A DNA stretch of 64,000 nt from Dehalococcoidia bacterium (GCA_963667465.2 CAXXDN010000002.1:672001-736000), one strand, 5' to 3'; counted from the stretch's first letter, positions 1-10,743 are shown. Notes: generated by a model not told the origin, from the sequence alone. Made by a program: numbers and translations.

Positions 1-531
1 CCCTCGGAGGTGGCGTACGCGCACCAGCCGCACCGCAACGACTGGGCGACGCCGCCGTGGACGGGCGCGATCCTCGACCTGATGCAGATCGAGGAGGTGG
101 CGGAGGGTTCTGAGCTGATGGCAGGCTGCCGCGTGATCGAGCTGCCGGGGCACTCACCGGGCAGCATCGGCCTCGAGGTGGAGACGGACGACGGCCTCTG
201 CCTGATCACCGGCGACGCGGTGCACCACGCGGGCGTCGCCGTGGCGGGGCAGAACCCGCTGGTCTTCTGGAACGCCGCGCAGGCGGACGCCTCGGTGCAG
301 CGGGTCGCGCAATCGAGCGAGCGCGACGGCGCGCTGATCTACCCCGGCCACGACCGCCCGTTCCGCCTCAGTGGCGGCGAGGTGAACTACGCCGAGGAGG
401 AGCGCATCACGATCCTCAACGCGGGTCCCGGCCGCCCCGGCCAGAGCTTCAACGAGTACGCGCCGCGCCGCGGCCAGTGGGTGATGCCGGGCATCGAGGA
501 GCAGCGCCTGCCGGGCGAACGGTCGGTGTAG
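1..531 (+). CDS. Metallo-beta-lactamase-fold hydrolase (AHL-lactonase-like), 5' truncated by window edge
   Basis: Frame open from base 1; C-terminal MBL motifs LPGHSPG, TGDAVH, IYPGHD; the HxHxDH motif would lie upstream of the window. Confidence 0.75.
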   Translation, partial: PSEVAYAHQPHRNDWATPPWTGAILDLMQIEEVAEGSELMAGCRVIELPGHSPGSIGLEVETDDGLCLITGDAVHHAGVAVAGQNPLVFWNAAQADASVQRVAQSSERDGALIYPGHDRPFRLSGGEVNYAEEERITILNAGPGRPGQSFNEYAPRRGQWVMPGIEEQRLPGERSV

Positions 532-599
532 CGGAACGCGGCCCTCTGACCATTCCGGTTGCGGCGCGGTACCATGGCTGCCGCCCAGGAGGCTCAACG

Positions 600-833
600 A
601 TGTCGCAGGACTACTCGGAGATCATCACCGTCGAGCCCGGGAAGCGCGGCGGCAAGCCGTGCATCCGCGGCTTGCGCATTACCGTGTACGACGTGCTTGA
701 GTACCTCGCGTCGGGGATGTCTGAGGACGAGATCCTCGACGACTTCCCGGTTCTGCGACGGGAAGACATCCGGGCGTCACTGGCGTTCGCTGCTGACAGG
801 GAGCGTCGCCTTGTGTCGCTGCCTCCGGCATGA
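600..833 (+). CDS. DUF433 family antitoxin
   Basis: AGGAGG SD before ATG 600; ITVEPGKRGGKPCIRGLRITVYDVLEYLASGMSEDEILDDFP is the DUF433 pattern; ATGA overlap with next gene. Confidence 0.9.
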   Translation: MSQDYSEIITVEPGKRGGKPCIRGLRITVYDVLEYLASGMSEDEILDDFPVLRREDIRASLAFAADRERRLVSLPPA

Positions 834-1162
834 GGCTGCTGTTCGACGAGAACCTCTCTCACCGACTGACTGAGACACTGCTCGACCTCTATCCGGAATC
901 CGCCCACGTCAGGGATGTCGGGCTCGAGTCCGCTGACGACCTTGAGGTCTGGACGCACGCCAGGGACAACGGATATGCCGTCGTCTCGAAGGACTCCGAC
1001 TTCCGGCAATTGAGCTTCATCCTCGGATATCCGCCGAAGGTCATCTGGATCCGGCGCGGGAATCGCTCGACAGCGGAGGTCGAGTCGATCCTGCGAGACC
1101 GGTACGCTGATATCGTGGCCTTCGACCGCAATGAGGAGGGCGCCTTCCTCGCGCTGAGTTGA
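830..1162 (+). CDS. DUF5615 / VapC45-like PIN toxin
   Basis: MRLLFDENL...D..VW..A...VVSKDSDF...PPKVIWIRRGN; coupled to DUF433 gene. Confidence 0.88.
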   Translation: MRLLFDENLSHRLTETLLDLYPESAHVRDVGLESADDLEVWTHARDNGYAVVSKDSDFRQLSFILGYPPKVIWIRRGNRSTAEVESILRDRYADIVAFDRNEEGAFLALS

Positions 1163-1197
1163 TCGCCTCCGGGCCGCGGAGCGCGGACGCGGGAGAG

Positions 1198-2478
1198 CTA
1201 CTCGACGACGCCGTCCGCGAAGAGCGCGGCGACCTCGTCCGTGTCGAAGCCACATTCCAGCAGGACCTCGGCCGTGTGCTCCCCCGTTGCGGGCGAGGGG
1301 CGCGCGGGGGTTGGCGGCGTCTCCGACATCTCGATCAGCGGGCCGGCGTGGAGTTGCGGGCCGGTGATCGGGTGCTCCAGTTCCACGATCATCCCCGTCT
1401 CGCGGGCATGGGGGATGTCCGCGACCTCCTCGGGCAGGTAGAAGGGCGAAGTCGGCACGCCTGCCTCGTCGAATATCTCGATCCACTCGGCGACGGTCTT
1501 CTCGGCGAGCTTGTCGCGCATGAACTGCTGCCACTGTTCGACCAGCTCCCAGTTGTCGGGGTCGGCGGCGTCGAAGTCGGGCGAGTCGGAGCGCTCGTCG
1601 TGCATGTCGAACAGTTCACGCATGATGTTGCGCGTCTGGCGGGTGAGGGCGCCAAGGACGAGCGGGCCGTCCTTGGCGTTGTAGGCGCCGTAGTAGATGC
1701 GCCCGGAGGCGCGCAGCCGGAAGTGGTCCTTGCGCAGCGCCACCACCTCGGTCCAGGGAGCGCCCCGCGCGCGCGCCTCCGCGATGTTGGTGCGAATCAC
1801 GTCGGCGACGCTGGCGTCGGTCACCGGCTCGCGCATCACCGTGTAGCCCTGCAAGAAGATCGAGGAGCGCAGCAGCGAGGCGCCGATGTACTGCCCCTGG
1901 CCGGTGCGCTCGCGGTGGAAGAGCGCCGCGCAGACGCCCATCGCGCCCGCGATCGCCGTCGAGTAGTCGGCGAGCGGCGTGGCGCCGATGATGATCGGCG
2001 CGCCGTGCTCGTCCGCCTGGCCGTCGCCGCCGGAGATGCCGGAGTAGGCGCGGATCACGCCGTCGTTGCCGCCCTGCTGGGCCTCGGGGCCCGTGGTGCC
2101 GAAGCCGGTTGCCTCGAGGTAGATCAGGTCCTCGCGCAGCTCGCGCAACGTCTCGTAGTCGATGCCGAGTCGCTGCACGACGCCGGGACGGTAGTTCGTG
2201 ACGACCACGTCCATGTGCGGGATGAGGCGGTAGGCCGCCTGGAGCCCTCGAGGGTCGTGCAGGTCGAGCACGATGCCTCGCTTGCCGCGGTTGTAGCTCT
2301 GGAACGCCTTGCTCTCGCCGGGCACGACGGATCCGGAGGCGCGCAGTGGCTCCCCGCCGGGCTGCTCGACCTTGACCACGTCCGCGCCGAGGTCGGAGAG
2401 GCTGATGCCGACCACCGGCCCCGCGATGATCTGCGAGAACTCGAGCACGCGGATGCCGTCGAGCGCGCCGCCGCTCAT
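1198..2478 (-). CDS. Family III CoA-transferase (CaiB/BaiF)
   Basis: LDGIRVLEFSQIIAGP, DLGADVVKVE, NRGKRGIVLDL, NYRPG, PLADY; start refined to ATG 2478 with G-rich SD. Confidence 0.92.
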   Translation of the reverse strand: MSGGALDGIRVLEFSQIIAGPVVGISLSDLGADVVKVEQPGGEPLRASGSVVPGESKAFQSYNRGKRGIVLDLHDPRGLQAAYRLIPHMDVVVTNYRPGVVQRLGIDYETLRELREDLIYLEATGFGTTGPEAQQGGNDGVIRAYSGISGGDGQADEHGAPIIIGATPLADYSTAIAGAMGVCAALFHRERTGQGQYIGASLLRSSIFLQGYTVMREPVTDASVADVIRTNIAEARARGAPWTEVVALRKDHFRLRASGRIYYGAYNAKDGPLVLGALTRQTRNIMRELFDMHDERSDSPDFDAADPDNWELVEQWQQFMRDKLAEKTVAEWIEIFDEAGVPTSPFYLPEEVADIPHARETGMIVELEHPITGPQLHAGPLIEMSETPPTPARPSPATGEHTAEVLLECGFDTDEVAALFADGVVE

Positions 2479-2551
2479 CGCCGCCCCCTCTCGTACGCGG
2501 GCATTATGCGCCAGCCGTGCGTGGCGCTCGACATCCGAGGCCGCGGCCCGC

Positions 2552-3328
2552 TCAGCGGGCGGTGTAGCCGCCGTCCACCGGCAGCGCCACGCCGGTGAGG
2601 AACGAGGACTCGTCGCTGGCGAGGAACGTTGCCGCCGAGGCGATCTCATCGGGCTTCCCAAGGCGGCCGATCGGGTGCAGCGCGACGAGGTGCGCGATGT
2701 CCTCGGGCGTCTCGCGGATCAAGGCGGTCATCGGGGTCTCGATGTAGCCCGGACAGATCGCGTTGACGCGCACGCCGAGCGGGCCGTAGCGGACCGCGAA
2801 GCTGCGGGTGAGGCCGACCACGCCGTGCTTGGCGGCGACGTAGGCGCCGGCCGCCGGAGGGCCCTCGGCGTCGGGCTCGGGCCGGTGCGGACGTGGCACG
2901 GAGGCGACGAGGCCGAGGATCGAGGCAGTGTTGATGATCGATCCGCCGCCGCGCTCTGCCAGGAGCCGCGCGCCGTGGAGCAGCCCGTAGTAGACGCCGC
3001 TGAGGTTCACTCCGAGCGTGTCCTCCCAGCTGCCGCCTCCGCCGACGCCGGCGTTGTTGAACAGCACGTCGAGCGTCCCGAACTCGGCGACCGATCGTGC
3101 GAGCGCGTCCTGCACCTCCTGCTCGGCGGTCACGTCGAGCCGGAGCGCCAGGCTCGAGCCGCCGGACTCGGCGATGCGCGCGGCAGTGTCCTCCGCGCCG
3201 TCGCCGTCGAGGTCAGCGCAGGTTACGGCGGCGCCCTCCGCCGCAAAGCGCAGGGCGGTTGCGCGGCCGATGCCGGAGGCGGCGCCGGTGATCAGCGCGG
3301 CCTTGCCCTCGAGCGTGCCTTCGCTCAT
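2552..3328 (-). CDS. Short-chain dehydrogenase/reductase
   Basis: TGAASGIG, NNAG, YVAAK, VNAICPG, VDGGY. Confidence 0.93.
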   Translation of the reverse strand: MSEGTLEGKAALITGAASGIGRATALRFAAEGAAVTCADLDGDGAEDTAARIAESGGSSLALRLDVTAEQEVQDALARSVAEFGTLDVLFNNAGVGGGGSWEDTLGVNLSGVYYGLLHGARLLAERGGGSIINTASILGLVASVPRPHRPEPDAEGPPAAGAYVAAKHGVVGLTRSFAVRYGPLGVRVNAICPGYIETPMTALIRETPEDIAHLVALHPIGRLGKPDEIASAATFLASDESSFLTGVALPVDGGYTAR

Positions 3329-3330
3329 CC

Positions 3331-3957
3331 CTACCACCTGTCGTAGCGCACGGTCTCCTCGACGGGGAGACGCGTCACGGGGCCGAAGTTGCCCAGCGGA
3401 TAGCCGACGGGAATCAGCACGTACGGCTCGACCGTGTCGGGCACGCCGAGGACCTCGCGGACGGCCGGCTTGTTGACCAGCCCGAGCGTCGTCGGGGCCG
3501 CGCCGAGGCCGAGCGCGCGCGCGGCGAGCAGCAGGTTCTGAACGGCGGGCCAGACGGAGCCCCCGGCGCCCGCGCGGGCGGCGTCGTCGGCGGGCGCTTG
3601 CAGCCACTGCTGGCAGGCGAGGATCAGCGCGGGCACCTCGCCCAGGTGCTCGGCCTGCCAGAGCACGGCGTTGAGCATCCGCTGGCGCTTCTCCGGGTCG
3701 TGATGCGGCACGTCGTCGACGCGACGGGTGCCGACATAATCCTCGACGCCCTGCTTGTTGAGCGCGGCGAGGCGAGCCCGCTGCCCTGGGTCGCGCACGA
3801 TGATCCAGCGCACGCCCTGCATGTTGGAGCCGGTCGGCGCCTGGTTGCCCGCCTCGCAGATGCGCAGCAACAGCTCCTCGGGGACGGGGTCGGGCTTGAG
3901 TCGGCGCATCGCGCGGCAGTGGTAGATGACGTCGAAGATTCCCGGCTGCTCACTCAA
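3331..3957 (-). CDS. Nitroreductase family protein
   Basis: RAMRRLKPDPVP, APTGSNMQ, QNLLLAARALGLG, IPVGYP. Confidence 0.9.
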   Translation of the reverse strand: MSEQPGIFDVIYHCRAMRRLKPDPVPEELLLRICEAGNQAPTGSNMQGVRWIIVRDPGQRARLAALNKQGVEDYVGTRRVDDVPHHDPEKRQRMLNAVLWQAEHLGEVPALILACQQWLQAPADDAARAGAGGSVWPAVQNLLLAARALGLGAAPTTLGLVNKPAVREVLGVPDTVEPYVLIPVGYPLGNFGPVTRLPVEETVRYDRW

Positions 3958-4072
3958 TTCGCCTGCTCCTGTTCACGCTGCGCAAGGCCTGTGGGGCTCG
4001 TGGCCGTATGCTAGCAGGCGTCGCGCGCACGGCGGCGCGACCGAAGGTGCACGAGAGGGGAGCACAGCCTCG

Positions 4073-5704
4073 ATGAAGGTAGACGACGCGATCGCGGAAA
4101 TCCTCAAGCGCGAGGGTGTGGAATTCATCACCGCCTACCCGGTAAACCCGCTCATCGAGGCGGCCGCGAGGGTGGACATCCGCACCATCATCGTGCGCCA
4201 GGAGCGGACCGGCATTCACATGGCGGACGGCTACAGCCGCATCAACTCCGGCAACAAGATCGGTGTCTTCGCCTCGCAGGCCGGGCCCGGCACGGAGAAC
4301 TCCTTCGGCGGCGTCGCGCAGGCCTTTGGCGACTCCGCGCCGATCGTCGTGCTGCCTGCCGGCTACCCGCGAGGCGTCACGAACGTGCCGCCGCACTTCA
4401 GCGCCCTCGTCAACTTCCAGCACGTCGGCAAGTCGGTCGAGCAGGTGACGGTGCCGGAGGCGGTCGCGCCCGCGCTGCGGCGCGCCTTCAACGCCGCCCG
4501 CAACGGCCGCCCGCGCCCGGCGATCGTCGAGATCCCGAGCGATGTCTTCGGCGAGGAGATCGGCGAACTCGACTACCGGCCGGTCGTCACCGCGCGCTCC
4601 GCGCCCGACCCGCAGGCCGTCGACGAGGCCGCACAGGTCCTCGTGGACGCCGATCGCCCGCTGCTCTACGCCGGGCAGGGCGTGCACTACGCCGAGGCCT
4701 GGGCCGAGCTGCATGAGCTCGCCGAACTGCTCGAGGCGCCCGTCACCACGAGCCTGCAGGGCAAGAGCGCCTTCCCCGAGGACCACCGGCTCTCGCTCGG
4801 CTCCGGCGGACGCTCGCTGACCGGTGAGCTGCATCACTTCCTGCAGCACGCCGACGTGATCTTCGGCATCGGCTGCTCCTTCGCGGCGACGAGCTACGGG
4901 ATCCAGTTCCCCACGGGCCGCACGGTGATCCACTCCACGCTCGACCCCGCCGACCTCAACAACACCGTCGAGGTGCAGCACGCCCTTGTCGGCGACGCGA
5001 AGCTCACCCTGCAGGCCGTCATCGAGGCCGTCCGCGAGCGGGTCGGTAACAGCGGTCGCGGACGCGCCGACGCCGTGGCGGCGGAGATCCAGGAGCACCA
5101 CGCAAAGTGGCTGGAGCAGTGGCAGCCCATGCTCGACGATGCGAGCGTCCCGCTCTCACCGTATCGGGTGATTCGCGACCTGCTCGCCACCGTTGACGAG
5201 AAGAACACGATCATCACGCACGACGCAGGCAGCCCGCGCGACCAGATCTCGCCGTTCTGGCGCTCGACCGAGCCGCTTGGCTACATCGGCTGGGGCAAGA
5301 CGACGCAGCTCGGCTATGGCCTCGGCCTGGCGATGGGCGCGAAGATCGCGAGGCCGGAGAAGCTCTGTATCAACGTCTGGGGCGACGCCGCCATCGGCAT
5401 GACGGGGATGGATTTCGAGACTGCCGTGCGCGAGCGCATCCCGATCCTCTCCGTGCTGTTCAACAACTTCTCCATGGCGATCGAGATCCCGGTCATGCCG
5501 GTCTCGCAGGAGAAGTACAACTCGACCGACATCTCCGGGCACTACGCGGACTTCGCGACCGCCCTCGGCGGCTACGGCGAGCGCGTCGAGCAGCCCGCCG
5601 AGATCATCCCGGCGATCAAGCGCGGCATCGAGGCGACCGAGGCAGGCAGGCCGGCGCTGATCGAGTTCATCACGCAGCAGAGCTACACCTACTCGCGCTT
5701 CTAG
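4073..5704 (+). CDS. Thiamine diphosphate-dependent enzyme (acetolactate synthase-like superfamily)
   Basis: VRQERTG catalytic Glu region, GPG, ThDP motif WGDAA...FNN; start refined to ATG 4073. Confidence 0.9.
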   Translation: MKVDDAIAEILKREGVEFITAYPVNPLIEAAARVDIRTIIVRQERTGIHMADGYSRINSGNKIGVFASQAGPGTENSFGGVAQAFGDSAPIVVLPAGYPRGVTNVPPHFSALVNFQHVGKSVEQVTVPEAVAPALRRAFNAARNGRPRPAIVEIPSDVFGEEIGELDYRPVVTARSAPDPQAVDEAAQVLVDADRPLLYAGQGVHYAEAWAELHELAELLEAPVTTSLQGKSAFPEDHRLSLGSGGRSLTGELHHFLQHADVIFGIGCSFAATSYGIQFPTGRTVIHSTLDPADLNNTVEVQHALVGDAKLTLQAVIEAVRERVGNSGRGRADAVAAEIQEHHAKWLEQWQPMLDDASVPLSPYRVIRDLLATVDEKNTIITHDAGSPRDQISPFWRSTEPLGYIGWGKTTQLGYGLGLAMGAKIARPEKLCINVWGDAAIGMTGMDFETAVRERIPILSVLFNNFSMAIEIPVMPVSQEKYNSTDISGHYADFATALGGYGERVEQPAEIIPAIKRGIEATEAGRPALIEFITQQSYTYSRF

Positions 5705-5737
5705 GGAGCCGGCGAGGCCTGGGGAGCGCAGGATGAG

Positions 5738-7339
5738 CTACGTGGCGGCAGGCTCGCCCCAGCCGCCGCCGCCCGGAGTCTCGACGCGCACGACGTCGCC
5801 TGGCTGCGCATCGAACGTCGCCTTGCCCGCCAGCGGGATCTCCTCGCCGTCGCGCTCGATGGCGTTGCGCCCCGGGACGCCGGGCGAGCCGCCCTGAGCG
5901 CCCCAGGGCGCGGTCGTGCGGCGCTCACTGACGATCGTCACGGTCGCCTCGCCGAGGAACTGCGTGCGGCGGATCATGCCGTCGCCGCCGGCGTGGCGCC
6001 CGGCGCCGCCGCTGCCACGGCGCACGCTCTGCTCGACGACGCGCAGCGGGTAGGCCAGCTCGAGCGCCTCGGCGGGGGTGTTGAGCGTATTCGTCATGTG
6101 GCTATGCGTAGCCGCGAGGCCGGGGCCCTCAGGGCCGCCGCCGAGCCCGCCGCCGGTGGTCTCGTAGTAGGCCCAGGGCCGGCCGTTGCGCGGGTCGATG
6201 CCGCCGGCGGCGAGGTTGTTCATCGTGCCGCTCGAGGCGGCCGGCATGCGCTCCGGCAGCGCCTGGCTGAGCGCCCCCCAGACGGTGTCGACGATGCGCT
6301 GCGAGGTCTCGACGTTGCCCGCGTTCACGGCCACCGGGGGCTGCGCGTTGACGAGGCTGCCCTCGGGCAGGGTGAAGCTGAAGGGGCGGAACAGCCCGGC
6401 GTTCGTCGGCGCGCCCGGCGGCAGCAGGCAGCGCAGTACGTAGTAGGAGGCAGAGCGCGTGACGGCCGCGACGGCGTTGATCGAGGCGGGCCGCTGCGGC
6501 GCGGTGCCGCTGAAGTCGAGGTGCAGGCCGCCGTCCGAGATCGTCAGCTCGACGACGATCGGCAGGGGCCCGTCCCCGAAGCCGTCGTCGTCCATAGCGT
6601 CCTCGAAGCGATAGCTGCCGTTCGGGAGCGTCGCGATCGTCGTGCGGGCGAGCCGCTCGCCGTAGTCGAGCAGCGCCGCGCCGGATCGCCGGAAGTTCGC
6701 GAGCCCGAGGCGCAAGGCGAGCGCGCGCAGCCGCTGGCCGCCGACGCGCTGCGCAGCGATCTGCGCCGCGAAGTCGCCCCGGCGCTCGTCGGGAGTGCGC
6801 ACGTTGCGCAGCACCAGCGCCAGCGTCTCCTCGACCGGTTCGCCGGCCCGCATGATGCGCACCGGCGGGATCACGAGGCCTTCCTGGATCAACTCGCGCG
6901 CGACCGGCATCGAGCCCGGTGCGCTGCCGCCGATGTCGGCCTGGTGCGCACGGCTCGCGACGAAGCCGATCGGCCGGGTGCGCCGTCCGCGCGCGCCGCG
7001 CGGCCCGTCCGCTGCGAAGACGGGCGAGACCATCGTCACGTCGGGCAGGTGCGTCCCGCCGAGGTAGGGGTCGTTGAGGACCGCCACATCGCCCTCGGCC
7101 CAGGGGGCGAGCGAGGCTGCGGCGCGCACGGATTCCGGCATCGCGCCGAGGTGCACGGGGATGTGGGCGGCCTGCGCGAGCGGCTGCCCGGCGGCGTCGA
7201 AGACCGCGCACGAGAAGTCGGCGCGCTCCTTGATGTTGGGCGAGAGCGCGGTGTGGCGCAGCGTCGCGCCCATCTCCTCGGCGGCCGAGGAGACGAGCGA
7301 GTCGAAGATCGCGAGGCGCGCCGCATCGATCTCGCTCAT
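5738..7339 (-). CDS. Hydantoinase B / 5-oxoprolinase beta subunit
   Basis: SPNIKERADFSCA, HIPVHLG, NDPYLGGTHLPD, TPGGGGWG. Confidence 0.93.
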   Translation of the reverse strand: MSEIDAARLAIFDSLVSSAAEEMGATLRHTALSPNIKERADFSCAVFDAAGQPLAQAAHIPVHLGAMPESVRAAASLAPWAEGDVAVLNDPYLGGTHLPDVTMVSPVFAADGPRGARGRRTRPIGFVASRAHQADIGGSAPGSMPVARELIQEGLVIPPVRIMRAGEPVEETLALVLRNVRTPDERRGDFAAQIAAQRVGGQRLRALALRLGLANFRRSGAALLDYGERLARTTIATLPNGSYRFEDAMDDDGFGDGPLPIVVELTISDGGLHLDFSGTAPQRPASINAVAAVTRSASYYVLRCLLPPGAPTNAGLFRPFSFTLPEGSLVNAQPPVAVNAGNVETSQRIVDTVWGALSQALPERMPAASSGTMNNLAAGGIDPRNGRPWAYYETTGGGLGGGPEGPGLAATHSHMTNTLNTPAEALELAYPLRVVEQSVRRGSGGAGRHAGGDGMIRRTQFLGEATVTIVSERRTTAPWGAQGGSPGVPGRNAIERDGEEIPLAGKATFDAQPGDVVRVETPGGGGWGEPAAT

Positions 7340-9378
7340 CGCCGCCCTCCCCCGGTTTCGCGCAGGATCAGGTTGCCGGACGCTGCCTGGTCCGGCCGAG
7401 CCTGCCAGCCCGGCGGCACCAGCGTCGTCGTGTCGAGCTGAGTGAGGATCGCCGGTCCCTCGACACCCGCGCTGCCGACGGTGCGGCGGTCGAGGATGCG
7501 CGTGCGGCGCGGCCGGTCCCAGACGACGGTGCTCGTTGTCTCATCAAGCGCGGCGCCGTGATCGGGGCTCGCCTGAGCCTCGGCGCGGAAGCCGGCGGCC
7601 CGCGCCTTCACGCGCGCGACGACGATCTCCGCGTCGCGATCGGGGTCGGCATGGCCGAAGCGCTCCGCGTGCGCCTCGGCGAGGGCGCGCCGCAGCGCCG
7701 CCGCGCCGAGCGAGCGCCCGAGCGGCACGGTCAGCTCGTGCGACTGGCCCGCGTAGCGCAGATCGGCGCTGCGCTCGATACGCACGCCGCGCCGGTAGCC
7801 GTCCGCGGCGAGCGCCGCCCGTGCCTGCGCAGCGAGGCCGGCGAAGGCCGCGCGGAGCGCTTCGAGTGTGCCGGAGGCGTCGGCCGGGACGCGCAGCATC
7901 AGCCCGCGCGCGAGGTCCTTCGTGACGTCGGCGTGCAGCATGCCGGAGGCAGAGAGCACGCCCGGCGCGGGCGGCACAATCACCGTCTCGACGCCGAGCT
8001 CCGCGGCCACCTCGCAGGCGTGGAGCGGCCCCGCGCCCCCGAATGCGACGAGGGCGAACTCGGCCGGGTCGAAGCCGCGCTCGACCGAGATCAGGCGCAG
8101 CGCGCGGACCATGCTGGCGTTGACTACCTCGATCACCGCCCGCGCGGCGCGCCGCGCGTCGCCGCCGAAGGCGGGCGCGATCGTCGCGAGCGCGCGCTCG
8201 GCGCGATCGGGGTGGAGGGCCATGTCCCCGCCGAGGAAGCGATCGGGCCGGAGCCGTCCGAGCACGACGTGCGCGTCCGTGACCGTCGGCAGCTCGCCAC
8301 GGCCGTACGAGGCGGGGCCGGGGTCGGCGCCCGCGCTCTGCGGCCCGACACGCAGCGCGCCGCCGTCATCGATCCAGGCGATCGAGCCACCGCCCGCGCC
8401 GACCGTATGCACGTCGACGGCGGGCGTGCGGATCGGCATGCCGTCCACGTCGTGATCGCCGCGCTCGAGGATGCGGCCCGGACAAAGGCTGACGTCGGTC
8501 GACGTCCCGCCCATATCGAAAGTGATCGCGTGCTCCATGCCCGAGGCGCGGGCGGCCTCGAACGCCCCCGCCACGCCTCCGGCCGGTCCGGAGAGCACCG
8601 TGCGTACGGCGTCCCGTCCGGCCTGCGCGGCGCTGATGCTGCCGCCGTTCGACTGCATGATGCGCAGCCGCGGGGCCGCGCTCCCCGCCGCGGCGGCAAG
8701 GCCGTCCTCGAGTGCGGTGAGGTAGCGCGTCATTGCCGGGGCGACGTAGGCGTTGGCGACCGTCGTGCTCATCCGCTCGAACTCGCGATGCTCGGGCAGC
8801 ACCTCGTGCGAGGCGGAGTGATGCAGGCCGGAGGTTCCTTCGAGGGCGCTCGCCAGCTCGGCGATGCGGCGCTCGTGGTCCGGGTTCACGAAGGAGAAGA
8901 GCGTGCAGATCGCGATCGCGTCCACGCCCGCGTCGGCGATCGCTTGCAGCACGCGCCCGGCCGCCGCCTCGTCGAGGGGCTCGACGACCTCGCCGCCGGC
9001 GGCGATGCGCTCGGACAGCTCGAAGCGCAGCTCCTCGGGCACGAGCGGCGGCCGCCGGGTGGGGTGGAGGGCGTAGAGGTCGGGGCGCGACTGGCGACCG
9101 ATCGCGAGCGTGTCGCGGAAACCCTCCGTGGTGATCAGTGCGGTGCGTGCGCCGCTGCGGGTGAGCAGCGTGTTCGTCGCCACGGTCGAGCCGTGCACCA
9201 CCTCCTGCGGTGTCCATCCGGCCCCGGCGATCCCGGCCAGCACCGCGCGCGAGGGGTCGTCCGGCGTCGAGGGGCGCTTGGCGATGCGCAGCGCCTCTCC
9301 GTCCCAGTAGAGGAAGTCGGTGAACGTGCCGCCGACGTCGACGCCGAGCAGGCGGACGGTGCGCTGCTCGGGACTCAC
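7336..9378 (-). CDS. Hydantoinase A / 5-oxoprolinase ATP-binding subunit
   Basis: GVDVGGTFTD, HGSTVATN, SGPAGG, DMGGTSTD, GAGGGS, FGGAGPLH; 4-nt overlap with B subunit. Confidence 0.93.
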   Translation of the reverse strand: MSPEQRTVRLLGVDVGGTFTDFLYWDGEALRIAKRPSTPDDPSRAVLAGIAGAGWTPQEVVHGSTVATNTLLTRSGARTALITTEGFRDTLAIGRQSRPDLYALHPTRRPPLVPEELRFELSERIAAGGEVVEPLDEAAAGRVLQAIADAGVDAIAICTLFSFVNPDHERRIAELASALEGTSGLHHSASHEVLPEHREFERMSTTVANAYVAPAMTRYLTALEDGLAAAAGSAAPRLRIMQSNGGSISAAQAGRDAVRTVLSGPAGGVAGAFEAARASGMEHAITFDMGGTSTDVSLCPGRILERGDHDVDGMPIRTPAVDVHTVGAGGGSIAWIDDGGALRVGPQSAGADPGPASYGRGELPTVTDAHVVLGRLRPDRFLGGDMALHPDRAERALATIAPAFGGDARRAARAVIEVVNASMVRALRLISVERGFDPAEFALVAFGGAGPLHACEVAAELGVETVIVPPAPGVLSASGMLHADVTKDLARGLMLRVPADASGTLEALRAAFAGLAAQARAALAADGYRRGVRIERSADLRYAGQSHELTVPLGRSLGAAALRRALAEAHAERFGHADPDRDAEIVVARVKARAAGFRAEAQASPDHGAALDETTSTVVWDRPRRTRILDRRTVGSAGVEGPAILTQLDTTTLVPPGWQARPDQAASGNLILRETGGGRR

Positions 9379-9398
9379 GTGCTACGGGCGCGAGGCCG

Positions 9399-10619
9399 CT
9401 ACGAGCGCGGCAGCCCGAGGCCGCGCGTCGCGATGATGTTGCGCTGGATCTCGGACGTGCCGCTGTAGATCGTCGTAGCGACCCGGCGCACGTAGTCCTG
9501 CGTCGGTCCGGCGTGGAGCGGCGCGCGCTCATCGTCCGGGTCCCAGAGGTTCGCGTAGAGGCCGAAGGCGCGCGACGCTGTCTGGGCGATGCGCTGCCCG
9601 GTCTCGCTCACGAAGACCTTCGCGATCGAGGCCTCATAGTTGGGCACGATGCCCTGGTCCTGCATCGAGGCGATCCGCGCCGAGAAGTTGAAGCCCACCT
9701 CGGTCTCCTCGAGGCGCTCGGCGACCACGGAGCGCAGCGCCGGGTAGCGCTCGAGGCGCGAGCGCCAGCGCTCCTCGCGGCGCAGCTCGGCGACGAAGCG
9801 ATTGAGGTCGGCGCGCAGCCGCACCGCGCCGGCCACGCCGGAGCGCTCGAAGTCCATGAGCGTCATGCCGACGTACCAGCCGCGGTTGACCTCGCCCACG
9901 ACATGTGTCGCCGGCGTGCGCACGTCCTCGAAGAAGGTCTCGTTGAACTCGTGCCGCCAGCCCATGTCGACGAGCGGCTGCACCTCCAGGCCGTTGCTGT
10001 GGATGTCGTCGACGATCATGAAGGAGATGCCACGGTGCTTCGGGGCGCTGCGGTCGGTACGGGCGAGCAGGAAGAGCGAGTCCGAGACGTGCGCGCCGGA
10101 GGTCCAGATTTTCTGCCCGTTGATCACGTACTCGTCGCCGTCACGGTCCGCCGAGGTCTGCAGCGAAGCGAGATCGGAGCCGGAGCCGGGTTCCGAGTAG
10201 CCCTGTGCCCAGGCGACGTCGCCGGCGAGGATCGGGGGCAGGTAGCGGGCCTTTTGCTCTTCGTTGCCGTGCACGATCAGCGTCGGGCCGAGCGTCATCA
10301 CGCCATGACCGCCGACCTCCGGCGCCCCGGCCATCGCGAGCTCCTGCTTGAAGATGAATTGCTCCATCGGGCCGAGGCCCGCGCCGCCGTACTCCTGCGG
10401 CCAGTGCGGGGCGATCCAGCCGTGATCGGCCAGGGCGTTCGCCCAGCCCTCGGCGGCCTCACGGCGCGCCGGGTCGTCCGAGCCTCGGTCGGACTGCCAG
10501 TTCGCTTCGTTGCGGCCCTCCTGGGCCAGCCGGCGATAGAGCGCGGGCAGGCCCGCGGTGGCGAGGTTGCGCACCTCGGCTCTGAACTCGGCCTGTTCCG
10601 TGCTGTCGCTCCAGTCCAT
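9399..10619 (-). CDS. Acyl-CoA dehydrogenase
   Basis: GYSEPGSGSDLASL, INGQKIWTS, FNETFFEDV, TIYSGTSEIQRNIIA. Confidence 0.93.
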   Translation of the reverse strand: MDWSDSTEQAEFRAEVRNLATAGLPALYRRLAQEGRNEANWQSDRGSDDPARREAAEGWANALADHGWIAPHWPQEYGGAGLGPMEQFIFKQELAMAGAPEVGGHGVMTLGPTLIVHGNEEQKARYLPPILAGDVAWAQGYSEPGSGSDLASLQTSADRDGDEYVINGQKIWTSGAHVSDSLFLLARTDRSAPKHRGISFMIVDDIHSNGLEVQPLVDMGWRHEFNETFFEDVRTPATHVVGEVNRGWYVGMTLMDFERSGVAGAVRLRADLNRFVAELRREERWRSRLERYPALRSVVAERLEETEVGFNFSARIASMQDQGIVPNYEASIAKVFVSETGQRIAQTASRAFGLYANLWDPDDERAPLHAGPTQDYVRRVATTIYSGTSEIQRNIIATRGLGLPRS

Positions 10620-10743
10620 GGCGTGCCCCTCGTGCCTGTCCGTGCGTGTCGAATCGGTACCGCCGGTGATGATACCGCGTTGGCGTGGACGCGACGCAGG
10701 CGGTAGTGGGTATGCTCACCCCGGCGACGACTCAAAGCGAGGG